Of a stretch of 64,000 bases of DNA, positions 1 to 13,815 are shown one piece after another. Position numbers and translations under genes: made by a program. The first letter of the stretch is position 1. Every line of letters begins with the position of its first letter. The notes under the pieces are model-generated. The model did no database searches. It saw only the letters and a list, made by a program, of their open reading frames with translations, and was not told where the DNA came from. The DNA lies in the NCBI RefSeq assembly GCF_963506605.1, contig NC_083292.1, positions 12,958,001 to 13,022,000 on the forward strand, written 5' to 3'. Source of the stretch: Zootoca vivipara (taxonomy: Eukaryota).

Positions 1-128
1 ATGCATCTCTGGGTTATTTGTGGGGCATAGGAATTCGTTCAATTTCCCCCGCAAAATACAGTCCGGCCCCCCACAAGGTCTGAGGGACAGTGGACCGGCC
101 CCCTGCCGAAAAGTTTTGCTGACCCCTG
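1..128. mobile_element. hAT MITE right part (truncated by window edge)
   Basis: Same family as 3524-3777; ends gctgacccctg. Confidence 0.8.
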
Positions 129-525
129 CCCTAGCCTAAGACAAAAAGATTGTGGCTGACCCAAAGTCAGCCAGTGAATATCACAGCTGAGTGGGGATTT
201 GAATGTGGGGCTCCCCATCGTCTGATGCTTTAGCTACGATTCTACAATAGAATTGCTCCTAGGAGGCTGCATTCCCAAGGTGTATGTTTGCTTATACCTG
301 AACCAACATTATACATGAACCAGCTCAATGTGCATCCTTCTCAGGTATCCTTATCCTATTGGAAAGTCTAGAAACAACAACAATACATACATTCAGGTGA
401 AGGCACCTAAAGCACACCTCACACACAATGCATCTCTGCCCATTCCCCATAAATGAATCACTGTTCGCATAAATGAGTCAGATTGGCCAGCTCACAACAT
501 GAAACAGAATGGAGAATTTCTTAGC

Positions 526-530
<5 letters not shown>

Positions 531-574
<44 letters not shown>
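531..574. repeat. (CA)n microsatellite
   Basis: Directly visible. Confidence 0.95.
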
Positions 575-579
<5 letters not shown>

Positions 580-2004
580 AAATCTCAACATACCTAATAT
601 GAATGGCAAATAATTAAGAATTGTCTATCACAGCAAACAAGTGCAGGGGGAAAATATTTGGCAGCTCCTACATAATCCTTTTGGGAATGTCTCTATTTGC
701 ATTCGGACACCGAAAAATGGAATGCAGGTGCATAATAGGGCATAAGCTGATTTGTTAGTGCCTTAACTATTTTGTTTTGTTTTTTAATTCCATCCAAAGC
801 CAAAAACATCAACATGAACACACAACTATAAAGAATACTATAATCTTTCCACAAAAGAAAGTTCAGGGCTCTCAACCTGCCTCCTCTGAACGATAAAGAG
901 ATGGGTCTGCAGAAATCAAGGTAATTCTTTTTTTATATTTGATGGAAGAATGTAGGACAATGCACTGCAAAGCATCTGTTCTCCAATGTCCACTAGGAGA
1001 GCTATATCATTCTGGTGATTTCCTAGTAATAGCACTTTCCCAGTAGGAATGTCATGAAAGTAATGTTATTAAAGGTTTATAACCTATTGCATCAAACACA
1101 TGTAGTTGGGCGAGGCATGGAATTGCCTGAGATTCAGACTCTCTCCCACTATAAGAACTGCTGCCACCAATGGAAAGCTTTTGATCCTGTGGCGAAATCT
1201 TACTGGCACAATCAGGAGAACAATTATAATCAATTCCTGCCTCCCTCTAAAACCACCTGTGCCCTAAAAATCTGCTGGGGCAGCTTGATATTCTATTGAA
1301 TAGTATATGGAAGGTGACATGGGGAAAAGGAAAAGGGGTGGAAACTGCCTCCCTTCTTCTGATGGCAGATCTACCCTTTAGTAGATCTTTGCTCAGGGGA
1401 TGTTCCTGTTGCCAGAGCAACATCTGGATTGCTGCTATTATTAAAGTTTTCAAAATGATTGTTTCAGTGCTACGGTAGCCAGGCAAATTGTTTGCCCAAA
1501 AGTGCCTGGGTGGCCAAACATGCCTGCAGCTAAAATTGAGCAGTAGAGCAGATTCTTTAAAGCCCTAAACCAAGTTAGTATAAGGCCCCCTTCCACATAC
1601 TTGGACTTGAACAAGCCTTGATATTGCCATTAGAGGCTTTGATGTCTGGCCCATCAATAGTAAAAGAGATAACTGGCAAACAACTCGTCCATAGGCAGCA
1701 CTGAAGTTGTAGAATTCTCTCTGAAAGGAGGTTCACCAAGGTCCCTCTTTCTCTTTTTAAGAGGTTGCTGAAAACCCTTTAAGTGCATCAGGATTCTTAC
1801 GATTGATTTCTACTGTTTTTATGTTGCTTCCTTTGCTTTTAATGTTGCTGGTTTGTGTTTGTGTTTATTTGAAATCTCTTTGTGTGTGTGTGTGTATGTG
1901 TGGTTTATTTTGTAAACAACTTGGGGGGAGGGCAAAACTATTTCTAAAAGTGGTATAAAAATATATTTTCAGGTGCAAAATGTGGTGTTAAAACATGGCA
2001 TATA

Positions 2005-2337
2005 TTGTTGTTGTTTAGTCGTTTAGTTTTGTCCGACTCTTCATGACCCCATGGACCAGAGCATGCCAGGCACTCCTGTCTTCCATTGCCTCCCGCAGCT
2101 TGGTCAGACTCATGTTGGTAACTTCGAGAACACTGTCCAACCATCTCATCCTTCATGGATCACTGCCTTGCCGTGGCGAAGGAGCTTGAATAACTCAGAG
2201 AACCTATGCCATGCAGGGCCACCCAAGATGGACAGGCCATAGCTGAGAGTTTAGACCAAATGTGATCCACCTGGAGAAGGAACTGGTAAACCACTCCAGT
2301 ATTTTGCCAAGAAAACTCAATGGACAAAGACAACAGG
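2005..2337 (-). mobile_element. BovB/RTE LINE remnant: 3' end plus inverted 5' module
   Basis: (CAA)n tail; BovB 3' stem region; 11-bp TSD catggcatata. Confidence 0.85.
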
Positions 2338-3229
2338 CATGGCATATATACAATAAGCCATGGATAACCGGAAGATTAATAGAGTAATAGAATTGCAGAG
2401 CTGGAAGAGACCCTGAGGGTCATCTAGTCAATTCCCAGCAATGCAGGAATCTCAACTAAAGCATTAATGCATTAAAAAAATGGAAGGAAGAGAACCAATC
2501 AACTGCTTTTAAAAAATTGCCATGAACTCTACCAGCAGCAACAGCCCAAGCACAGAGGGTAAGGTGCCAATAGTGTTGACTGCGAAGACACTGGCCCTAA
2601 CAACCAGAAACCCCCTCGAGACCAAGCCCCTTTCCAGAGGGGCTTGCATCCTCCAAGGGACTCGCATTCCGCCAAGCTGGCTTGCTAACAGACAGACAGT
2701 GTGCTTAGTATGAGATCCTGGCAGGGGTGTTACGTCCCATTTCGCCACTTGAGGAGAAACAGGGCTCTGCCTCTAATTTTCAGCAAGTTCTCATGAGATC
2801 TCGCAGAAATCGCGCGTGATCATCTTGCACTCTGCGAGATCTTGGTAAGATGCTGCCGGAAAGCAGTGCCAATGGTGCTGCTGCTTCTTCTCCGCCAGGG
2901 CAGCCACCTGTGAAAATGCCGCCTTGGGGGGTTTGGCCGCCTGAGGCAGCTGCTTCACCCTGTTTCATGGGCAGGCAGGCCTTGGATCCTGGAGAGGCAT
3001 TGGAATGCCAGGCTCTAAGCCAGGGGATGTGCACTAATCAGCAAGGGGGTGGAGCCTTGAGAGGGACAGTCGGGGGCTCAGCTGAGATGGTTCTTCTCAG
3101 AATAAGCTGTCTGCTCCCTGGGCTCTGTCCGGGGTCCTGAAAGATTTGCCTCCAGCTGTCATCATTGTTCAGATTTATGATCCTGACTGAACCCTACCTG
3201 TCTGTTTTCCGCCTCTGCACCCTCTAGAC

Positions 3230-3777
3230 CAGGCATGTCCAACTCCCCAAGAGACTGTGATTTACTCCCTGTATAAAAAAACTGGCAGTGATCTACCCAT
3301 TGTCATTGGTGGGAGGAGGAGCATACATGGGTTGAGTGGATTGCCCAGAGTAGTTGAGCTTTTTTATTTTAGCAGTGAAGTGCCCAGAGATGTTGAGCTT
3401 TTTTGGGGGGAGGACTGCACAGTTTTTTTACTCCCCCCCCAATAACTTTTTGTACATGATAAGGATCCCACGATCTACCAGGGTCAGCCGGTGATCTACC
3501 GGTTGGACATCCCTGCTCTAGACCATGGGTAGGCAAACTAAGGCCTGGGGGCCAGATCCGGCCCAATCACCTTCTAAATCTGGCCCGTGGATGGTCCGGG
3601 AATCAGTGTGTTTATACATGAGTAGAATGTGTCCTTTTATTTAAAATGCATCTCTGGGTTATTTGTGGGGCATAGGAATTCGTTCATTATTTTTTCTCTC
3701 CAAAATTTAGTCCGGCCCCCCACAAGGTCTGAGGGACAGTGGACCGGCACCCTGCTGAAAAAGTTTGCTGACCTCTG
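3230..3777. mobile_element. Two tandem hAT MITEs (3230-3515 and 3524-3777)
   Basis: Three copies of an 8-bp target: ctctagac, ctctagac, ctcaagac. Confidence 0.85.
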
Positions 3778-4507
3778 CTCAAGACACATCCATGGGCTTC
3801 ATCATAGAGGGGGACAGAGATAGGGAAAGAAACTGAAGATTGGATGGGGCGTGGGGGGGGGGGGAAACCAAAGCACACAATGTTACTGTCATAGACGTAG
3901 CCAATACCCACAACTTGGAAAATAGCAATAATTTATGTGGCCATACAAGCACAATTTTTGTTGATTAATATTTTGTTGATTAAGCGGTATAAAAACATTG
4001 CAAAATAAAAATAAATAGAAGCAAAACACACCGAAGCATTAAAAAGCACATTACAAATTCTGAATACTGGTGGACCAGTTCATGCTAAGTGAAACCCATG
4101 GCACATATCCCTAAGTATAAAATGAAATGGTCTGTATTTCCATTTTTTGTATAGTAATATGTAGATTAGCAAAATATTGATGTTCCCGGCATTATCAGAT
4201 AGCACAGTGATTTTACATCAAGACATAAAATGAAAAATTTATTTGATTAAATTTTTCAAGAACAAACCTGCTTTAAAATAGGTTTACATCAAAGCTATAC
4301 AAGCCAAACATGGTAGATACAAGATAATTGCTATTTACAAATTCCATATACATAAGGTAAAACTCACAGATAAAACGGTATCAAGAGCTTACCAAAAGAG
4401 AAAGACAAAAGTTTAAAAATAGAACACAATCAGATACATTTTAATGAGTTCTACAATTGTTCAAGATTCAATGGCTAAAAAAAAAATCCTTCAGCACCAT
4501 CTTACCA

Positions 4508-4572
4508 CTAGGACAAAAGAGAAATAAGTGCATCCAGAAATTTGCTTCGATCTTCCATTTTCAATTCAATAA
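4508..4572 (-). CDS. CDC45: CDC45 exon 18, last coding exon (IELKMEDRSKFLDALISLLS*)
   Basis: TAG stop at 4510-4508, then 2 nt and a GTAAG donor. Confidence 0.94.
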
Positions 4573-5962
4573 CTAAAACAATAAAAGAAATTTCTGTAAT
4601 GGCACGAATACTGATTACAGTGACAACTTGATTTAAACGTTTTCTGGCAGTAATAATAATAATTTATTACTTATACCCCGCCCATCTGGCTTGGTTTCCC
4701 CAGTCACTCTACATTGCTCAAGTCAATTTAGTCAATTTAGAAGCCAGCGCTGCCGGTATTAACTGGTAACCATTGCAGATGCAGAGTTCATTTTGGGACT
4801 ACTTAACATAAGAAAATTCACTTTTTCCACAGTGGTCAGCCATGACTGCGGGAAGGCCACAAGTTGGACATGAGGACAGCAATTCTCTCTTAACGGTTGT
4901 TCTCCAGCAACTTCTCCTCAGAGGCACGCTACCTCTGACCCTGATGCTACTTCACTGCCATCGTGATTAGTAGATACTGAGAGCGTTATCATTAATTTGT
5001 CCAATCCCATTTTAAATATGCCCAAGTTGGTGGCCATCACCACTTCTTGTGGTAGAGAATTTCACAGTTTAACTATGCCCTTTGTGACATTCTTCCTCTT
5101 CCTCAGTGTCCCACTCTTCCAGTTAGTTGGATGACCTTAAAACAGAGGTCAGCAACAAAAGGCCCATAGGCCGATTCCGGCCCATGAGCTTCCTGGAACC
5201 GGCCCACTGCTGTTCCATGGATCGGCATGGGGATTCCGTGCTCTCTCCCCCCCCCCCCACGACACCATTTTTTTCTCGCTGCGGGGACCAACTTCCGAGT
5301 CGGAAGAGCACTGGAAATAGTGTGTGCGCATGTGCACGGGTGCTCCTCCGACCCGGAAGAGTGCTAGAAATAAAGCTCCCAACATTGTAATATTTCCTCA
5401 TAGTTCATTCATACATACATAATCATCAATCGAATCACCCAATGACTCACACTCAAAGATAAATGTATCAAGTGTTCCCACCAAAAAGGACTTTAGTTGA
5501 AAGAATGTCAGGTCATTAGTCTGTGATGTATGATGTGGGGTTATTTTTTTCACACATGCCAGTCATCAGTTGGTCTTGTGCTCATCAACTGATGAGGGTG
5601 CACGCTTGAAACTTTAAAACTAGAAGCTGCACTACTTCACTGCCAAGAGGTAAATACTTGGAGCCAATAAGCCTTTTACCTCTTTGATCCATCATCCATG
5701 CAAAGCAACAGCAGCTACTTGGTTTTAGGGCACATCAGTAGGTGAAGCACATTGTTGGCTCCTGGTGCACATTCCAAGTCTCAGTGATGTTTGACTGCCA
5801 CAGCTCTTTTACAAGCTTACAAATACTTAGTAAAGTACTCAGAATTGCACGATTTTCTCTGAAATGTGCCTCATTAAAAAAACAAGTAAACAAAGGCATG
5901 CATGGAAAAGTCTAAAAGCTGCTGATGCACTAGCTTATATAAGATATGCAGCATTTACTTAC

Positions 5963-6039
5963 TAGACATGTCAAAATGGTTGTGTAAAGTCCGAGAACTG
6001 GTATTCTCTGCAGCTTTTTCAAATGCTCTTCCAAAAAAG
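5963..6039 (-). CDS. CDC45: CDC45 exon 17 ([25 protein letters not shown])
   Basis: AG/GTAAGT; 77 nt. Confidence 0.94.
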
Positions 6040-6419
6040 CTAGAGAGGGAGAGAAAAACAAGCATTTTGCATTTGCCCAGAAAGGAAAAGTCAACAAGCG
6101 TTTAGCCTTTCTCTTAAAAGTACCCCAAGCATCTATTAAATAAGAACACGCACCTTAAATTATTGTATTTTAATATTTCTGTTGGAAGCCGCCCAGAGTG
6201 GCTGGGGAAACCCAGCCAGATGGGAGGGGTATAAATAATAAATTATATTATCATCATCATCATCATCATCAAATGCAACTGTCTAAGGCAGGCATAGGCA
6301 AACTCTGGCCCTCCAGATGTTTGGGACTACAATTCCCATCATCTCTGATCACTGGTCCTGTTAGCTAGGGATGATGGGAATTGTAGTCCCCAAACACCTG
6401 GAGGGCCAGAGTTTGCCTA

Positions 6420-6769
6420 AAAGGTAAAGGGACCCCTGACCATTAGGTCCAGTCGTGACCAAATCTGGGGTTGCGCGCTCATCTCGCATTATTGGCCGAG
6501 GGAGCCGGCGTATAGCTTCCAGGTCATGTGGCCAGCATGACAAAGCCGCTTCTGGCAAACCAGAGCAGCACATGGAAACGCCGTTTACCTTCCCGCTGTA
6601 GCGGTTCCTATTTATCTACTTGCAATTTGACGTGCTTTCGAACTGCTAGGTTGGCAGGAGCTGTGACCAAGCAATGGGAGCTCACCCCGTCACAGGGATT
6701 CGAACCGCCGACCTTCTGATCAGCAAGCCCTTGGCTCAGTGGTTTAACCACAGTGCCACCTGGGTCCCT
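6420..6769 (-). mobile_element. Sauria SINE nested in a hAT MITE (6289-6787)
   Basis: tRNA-like head and ACCTTT tail; 12-bp TSD agagtttgccta. Confidence 0.88.
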
Positions 6770-7361
6770 AGAGTTTGCCTATGGCTGCCTTAAACAGTTG
6801 TATTTGGTCCTAGGGTGAAGCACTGATCTCCCCCCCCCTGTTACAGCCCCCCATACTGCTCCAGAAAGCCCTCCAACCCCCAGGAGCAGTTTTTCAGGGG
6901 ATGTGGGAGGCTGTAGGGGATTGGCAAAATCCAGGTGCCCCACGTTGCACAAGTGCAAAATCATTTGATACAACAGCTTAAGTTTAACAAGCTGCAAAAA
7001 TGGCAGCTGTGCAAACTGAGCAAAGCATTCCCATGCTTCCTTTCCTCCAAAGAGTTTCGGTCCCTGCCAACACCTCAACAATACGAGGTAAGTTAGACTG
7101 AAAGAGTGACTGGCTCAAGATTACCCAGTGAATTTCATGGCTTGAGTCTCCTTGGTTCAAGTGCAAAATGCAAGCCGCTACACCAGGCTAATTCTCAGCA
7201 TGCACCCAAACAACCACACAGAGTTGGCCTATTTCATTGCAAATGCATATCTGTGGTTCCCCCCCCCCCCTCACACACTCCAGAACAATTATCAGACTTG
7301 GAACAGCCAGCTTAGTTTATGGAGCATCTTATCAAAAGAGGCCAGCAAATAAAACTCGTAC

Positions 7362-7480
7362 TTCTTTTTGTCTGAGCTTTCCAGATGAGGTGGAATCCCC
7401 ACCATGATCACTGTGCCTTGCTCAGTGTCCATTGGTGCAGCCATAACCATTGGCAGCAGCTTGCAGCGCTTGTTTTTTGT
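7362..7480 (-). CDS. CDC45: CDC45 exon 16 ([16 protein letters not shown]...[12 protein letters not shown])
   Basis: AG/GT; 119 nt. Confidence 0.94.
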
Positions 7481-8350
7481 CTGGAAACCAGAAAGCAGAT
7501 TGATTACATAAACTTCAAAGACAGAATCAGAAAACTTCAGCTCTGCTTTTTAAAGTACTGATGAGGAGTTAATTTGGGGGTTAAAGTTATCTAAAAAGGA
7601 TTACAGATCAAACATTCGCTAGACGTTTCGAGGTTCCTTAGACAGCAGTAACCAGACAGACATTTTTTCCAGTAATCTCACACACAGATATTTATTTATA
7701 CTTACTGCTCTGCTAGGTTTATCAGATTTTACCTTACCCATATTTAAAAGGAACTCATGTGTGCCTTACAATAAAAACAGTTTAAATGCTATGCTAAATT
7801 GCTTAAAGTGCAATTTAATAAAATTTTAAAACAGAAATTGTTATAACACTACGGTGGATGAAATGAATAATTCTTTTTTGAATGTGCTTTTCCTTGGAAA
7901 GGTTGAAAACCTGCTCCTTTTGTAAATTTGCTATGTTCTGCCTTACCAAATGAATAAAAAGACATCATCCAACACATGATGCTCAGAAATAAAACTGTCC
8001 TGTAATATTACTTTTCCAATACAATCCCTTGTTTAAGTCAGTTCTTGAGTTAATTTAGGGTACACATGAGAAAGCCTAGGGAAAAACAGAAAAATTGGGG
8101 GGGAATGTGGGCTCTCCCAGCATTGTTCCTTTCCCCCCACCCAGGCCTTCACATCTAACTCTAGAGCCAAAGTAAGAAGTTATATTAAATTGCAGCAAAT
8201 AGAGAGGGAAGAATTTAACCCCTTCACCCCTTGCCCCTAACCTAAGAAAAATCGCTTGCCCGAAATGCCATTTGTACTGTGAGTAAATTTCCTAGTAACA
8301 TCACTGGCGCTATTTGTTGTTTTTTTTAATCTGCACATTAAATTTAGCTA

Positions 8351-8817
8351 CAGTAAACCCACAACATACACACATTTAACTTGTGTGCATTCAGCTTTAT
8401 GCACTTAGAAAAACAAAAATTAAAAAGAAAAGATAAAGGGGGCAGACCCCCAGGAAAAATGACTTTGCCAATCCCACCCACCATTGCACCCAATGTTTTT
8501 TGACTATACAGTGGTACCTCTACTTACAAATAACTCTACTTACGAATTTTTCTACTTACAAATGGAGCTCCGTCCGCCATCTTGGATGCGGTTTAGATAG
8601 GATTTTTTCTACTTACGGATTTTTAGATAGGGTTGCTTCGACTTACAATTTTTTTCTCCCAATGCATTCCTATGGGATTCGACTTGCAAATTTTTTCGAC
8701 TTACAAATGTGTGTTCGGAACACATTAAATTCGTAAGTAGAGGTACCACTGTACACGGTTTTGGCTTTAGGCGTGATCCCCGGAATATAACCACCGAGTA
8801 AAGTTGCAGGCTTACTG
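8351..8817. mobile_element. Nested Tc1/mariner (Tigger-like) MITEs; inner element 8509-8751
   Basis: TA TSDs; TIRs cagtggtacctc...gaggtaccactg. Confidence 0.8.
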
Positions 8818-9176
8818 TATGCATTTCAAGTCATGTGCTTTGTAATTTGGTCCTTATGAGTACAATTATATATCACTTCAGCACGCCTCTCTTTAGGAGT
8901 GCATATTAAAATTGTGCTGCTCAACATCATGGAGATGACGTGTTGTATCCAGCAGGGCCACTCAACATCCCCCTCCTTTAAATGTATTCAAGAGGTGTAA
9001 AGGAGCTCCTGGAGCAGATTATGTGGGTGTGGGGACTGCAGGACAGAGAGCAGATCTCTGAAAATTGCTCCCCCGCCCCATTCTGCTGTGGGAAGAGGTC
9101 TTGTCTGAGCAATGCTGCTAGATAAGGAACATCGTTACTTAAGCAAACCCTGAAGAGGAAACAGAAAATGACTTAC

Positions 9177-9260
9177 AGAACAAACAAATGACTTGAGTAA
9201 GTATTTGCTAAGCAGGCATAACGATACTGGTCTGGAGAACAATTTCACATCTGGTGTGCC
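9177..9260 (-). CDS. CDC45: CDC45 exon 15 ([28 protein letters not shown])
   Basis: AG/GTAAGT; 84 nt. Confidence 0.94.
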
Positions 9261-9646
9261 CTGGGAAGGGAAAAAGAGATATAATTACTAAACCCGCCCC
9301 CCAAAGGCAGTAATTTCCAGAGACAGGCTATAGGGCAGGTGGTCCTTTTAGATGTGTGCCAGATCTTCTACACGTACACCAGGCCACTGGGTCTCTTTTC
9401 TCCCCAACAGATTCTCTTGCTGAGATTCAAAAGGTTCTTGCCAAGCAGCATGCAGGGCTATTATTAAGATAAATAAAAGTTCAGTTGTGCAGCTGCTTTA
9501 CTGAAGGCGATAAGTGAACCTCCTGGATCACAAATCTACCACCATCAACGTATAGTATTTCTTACCTGCCCTTCACCACAAACTCCCTGGGGCCGGTTGC
9601 AACAATTTAAAAAATACAATACTAAAATCAGTTAAAATGAAGTGTA

Positions 9647-9818
9647 CAGTGGTACCTCGGTTTATGAACACAATTGGTTCCGGAAGTCTGCTCATAAACT
9701 GAAGCGAACTTTCCCATTGAAAGTAATGGAAAGTGAATTAATCCATTCCAGATGGTTCCGCGGCGTTCATAAACCGAAAAATCGTAAACCGAGGTGTTCA
9801 TAAACTGAGGTTCCACTG
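9647..9818. mobile_element. Tigger-like MITE
   Basis: TA-flanked TIRs. Confidence 0.85.
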
Positions 9819-10156
9819 TACAGTGACTGGCATCCTTGCAAGTTTCACTCAAAGCCCTGATTTCATGCAGAGTCAAATCTTAAGATGTTAAAGGACAAAA
9901 CACTGCTCTCTCCTGGGCTCCATAACCCAGGGCCAAACATTGCGGATTTGCAATCAGATCTCTCATCTCTTTACACTTCTTTTAAAAGCACTTCCACTGT
10001 CTAATCTAAGTTTGGCCCTGAAAAGCTGTAGATACAGCATGTGCCAAGTCTGTGAAGCTAAAAACCACTCGGTTTTGAACTTCAAGCTTGTTAACGTAAA
10101 TGAAGTGTTTTAAAAGTGCAGCACAGAACTGAGAAACAAGTCCAGGCAAATTTTAC

Positions 10157-10295
10157 CTCCATGAGATAACAGTAAAGGAACGGTCCCTGATTGATTACAA
10201 GATTGGTGCAGATACAGCTGGCTATGGTCTGCTGAATTGCACGAAGTTGCTTTTTGGCTAGTTCCAGCCCTTGATGCAACTTGTCCAGGTTACTC
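10157..10295 (-). CDS. CDC45: CDC45 exon 14 ([17 protein letters not shown]...CYLME)
   Basis: AG/GT; 139 nt. Confidence 0.94.
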
Positions 10296-10521
10296 CTGAA
10301 GAAAGGAAAACAGAAAGAAGGTTACTTTACCAGAGAAGAGAAAAACCTGCACTGAAGACTTCTTGATTTATTATCATGAATCACTTGCTTGGTACATTCT
10401 TACAGGATGTTTACTTTGAATTTTTGATGTAACAGTTTACAATGCCTTACTGCCAATCAGTTGTGGGTAAAAAATTTTTTAAAAAGCAATTTGAATGAGT
10501 TTGAAAAACTATGTGTGTTAC

Positions 10522-10683
10522 CTGGAAAGACTATCCAAAGCTTTGATGAAATTGTCAGTTCCACTTTCGTCTTTCTCCATGTTCTCCATTAAAGAAGCAG
10601 CAGCATAAACTACATCACTTGCTAAAAACTTATTTTTAAAACCAAACTGGATGCTGAAGGTTTGTACTCTTAAATTCTTCATT
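10522..10683 (-). CDS. CDC45: CDC45 exon 13 ([23 protein letters not shown]...ALDSLS)
   Basis: AG/GT; 162 nt. Confidence 0.94.
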
Positions 10684-10766
10684 CTGCAAAACCAAATTAA
10701 GCCAACAGAGAGATGTTAAAAGTGTTTTTTTTAATCCCTACTGCAGTCTTAGCACTGAACATACTA

Positions 10767-11243
10767 CAGGTGAAACTTGTAAAATTAGAATATCGTCGAA
10801 AAGTGCATTTATTTCAGTAATGCAACTTAAAAGATGAAACCAATATATGAGATAGCTGCATGACATGCAAAGCAAGATATGTCAAGCCTTTTTTTCAGGC
10901 ATAGGCAACCTTGGCTCTCCAGATGTTTTGGAACTACAATTCCCATTATCCCTAGCTAACCGGTCCAGTGGTCAGGGATCATGGGAGTTGTAGTTCCAAA
11001 ACATCTGGAGAGCCAAGGTTGCCTATGGCTGCTTCATTTATTGTAATTGTAATTATTTGTTGTTAGGCGGGTCAATTATAAATGGAATGTAATTAATGAA
11101 ATGTAATAGCGATGTTTATTTTTGTATTATTGTAACTATTTGTTTTATTACTGTGGAATTTCCAAAAGAAAGCATTTGTAAAAATTAAAAGTTGCATTAC
11201 TGAACACTTTTCGACAATATTTTAATTTTCCAAGTTTCACCTG
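10767..11243. mobile_element. Tc1-type MITE with nested hAT MITE (10896-11031)
   Basis: TA-flanked TIRs caggtgaaactt...aagtttcacctg. Confidence 0.85.
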
Positions 11244-12040
11244 TATATGTACACACCATTGCTAAAGCAATCATGAATTTAATGTTCTAAAGGCCATTTC
11301 TGGAAGATTACCTAATAACAAAACTCTGTCCACCTGAATCCCTTCCCTATGTAGCTCATGGCAATATGTAGGAGCTTGTCTTTCTCTCAGTTTTCCTTAT
11401 TCTTTTCCTCTTCCTCTCATTTTTCTAGGCATTTCCCTGCTCCAATCCTCATTTCCTAGGCCTAACACTTAACATTTTCTGCTTGCCTTGACCCTCTCTC
11501 GGATTACATCAACTCAGTTCAGCTGGTGGCAGCTGAAGAACTCTGCCTGCCCTGCCATCTCTGTGTTATCAGGGCAGCTAGTCCAATCAACAGCCAAATA
11601 GTTCCTTTTAGAGTGTTACTATTTATAAACAGTATTTCCCTCCCCCTAGGCACACACCAAAAAATCATGTTTTTAAAAAATCACGTTACTTTAGAAATCA
11701 CTAAAACAACCCTGCAGATTAGGTTTGCGTTATAATCTCCATGCTACATATACCACCCTAAGACCCTGAGCTCCTTGGAAGGTGGGATATAAATGTAATA
11801 AATAAAAATATTTGTGAAATAGTAAGCAGCAAGGGCAGACCTGCTAGTAGTGCTTTAGTTTTTGTTTGTTTTTTAAATTGATGAACTGTTCAATAGTTGG
11901 TTGAAAGTTTAGGAGAAATGTATGGGCAAGAGTGGGTTTCTGCTTCTGCTCATTCCAGACAGGCTACAATACCCTTTTAGGCCATCACACAGAGATGAAA
12001 AGGTTTACTAAGACTTCCAAATACGTAAAAAAGTGTTTTA

Positions 12041-12235
<195 letters not shown>

Positions 12236-13130
12236 CTATTGCTGGTTAGTTAATGGCTGTATTCTAACTGAATATAGAAGACTGCCTTAAACTGAATCAA
12301 GCCATAAGGCCATATAGCTTGGTAACGTCTACAATGAATGGCATGATTTCAGACCAGTTGTACCTGGAGATGCTAGATTTAAACATGGGAATTTCTGGAG
12401 AGGTTCCCAATAGTATAGATGAAGGAATGTCAAACTTCACCTGGCTTGGCAGCCTTGCTCATGACCTTTACTGAAGCTCCACTGCCTTCAGCCATCCAAA
12501 TTCTCCTTTTGCCCCTTATGCAAAGGCCTACATGCAACATTATCCATGCAATGCCTCCTCTTGCTTCCTTCAAAATCCACCTTCAAAACCATTCCTGCAA
12601 ATCCTTTGTCTCAATCCCCTAGTCCAGGACAGTGAACTGGATCCAGCTAGTGCTCCAGATCCTGACCTCTCCCAAGATCTGCAGGGCACTCCTGTCAATC
12701 ACCTAACATCACCATGACAGCAGATGAAGTATTTCATTCCCTGCACAATTGGAAATCAAACTGCAAGGGCAAAGGCAGAGGGCTTTGCAGACACTGCCAA
12801 TCAGCAGGTTGGAAACGCCTACAAACCCTGCTGTGGGCGGGGAATCAGTTGGGCATAGGGGTTCCCCATCACTGCCCTAGTCCCCATGCCCTACTGTGAA
12901 TAAGCCTGTTAACTGAAATAAATGCAAATCCCCCCCCATTATCCTTTTCTCCATTTTGCTCCCCTTTCTATGTTGTATCCTCTATGATGTGCTTTCTATT
13001 GTAAACAATTTGGAACAAGGACCTGTTCTCCTGAACGTTGTAAAAGTGCCACACACATTGATGCTGCTATATATTATACAGTATATATAAACTATTTATT
13101 TATTTATTTAAAATTTCCTTATTAACTCAC

Positions 13131-13262
13131 CCCATATCAGCAAGGAATTCCTGCAGTCTCTTCTGACCTTGAACAGACCAAAGCTTGAAGCTGGCAGAAG
13201 TGTAGCAGGTATTACAGAGGCTTTCATACAGAGACCAATGTTGATAGAGCGCAAGGCACAAG
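13131..13262 (-). CDS. CDC45: CDC45 exon 11 ([15 protein letters not shown]...QEFLADMG)
   Basis: AG/GTGAGT; 132 nt. Confidence 0.93.
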
Positions 13263-13695
13263 CTAAGAGCATCAATAAGAATTAGGAAAAATAATTACAG
13301 CAGGTTGGATTTAAAAAAACACCTATTACATTCTTGTTCAAAATGACTTGTCTGGATCACAATGACCTGCTTAAGATATGACACGGCTGCTTCAATAAAC
13401 CATAGTTTGTTGGAGCATGAACAGATGGCAATCCCAAGTCCTCCCTCTCCTGCATCTGGCTGTTGAGGGACTTCCTGTTTTCGGAGACCAGTTTCCAGAG
13501 GGAAGAGGGAAAAGGGAAGGCAAGAGCGCTTGAGTTCAGTATTCACTTGTGTGCCAATAAACAGGTTGCTTTGAAATACAGTAGTGCCATTATGTCTGAA
13601 CTGAACCACTCACATGGCAAAGGCAAGGGAACAACTGGTACTACAAACCACTTCATCCAAGTCTTAGAAATATTTTCCGTTATTTAGAAGGATAC

Positions 13696-13815
13696 TCATA
13701 TTCAAATGCTATTCTCATGCAGTCAATAGAAAGAGAATTTTCTTCATCCCCGTTGCGATGGTTATGCCGAGATACATGCCGCTGTAGAGATCCAATGTCT
13801 GTTACGTATTTCATT
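13696..13815 (-). CDS. CDC45: CDC45 exon 10 ([20 protein letters not shown]...RIAFEY)
   Basis: 120 nt; followed by U12-type donor GTATCCTT. Confidence 0.93.

Noticed and set aside
345-352. Plus-strand GTATCCTT U12-like donor
   Set aside because: No associated exon or gene on that strand; expected by chance.
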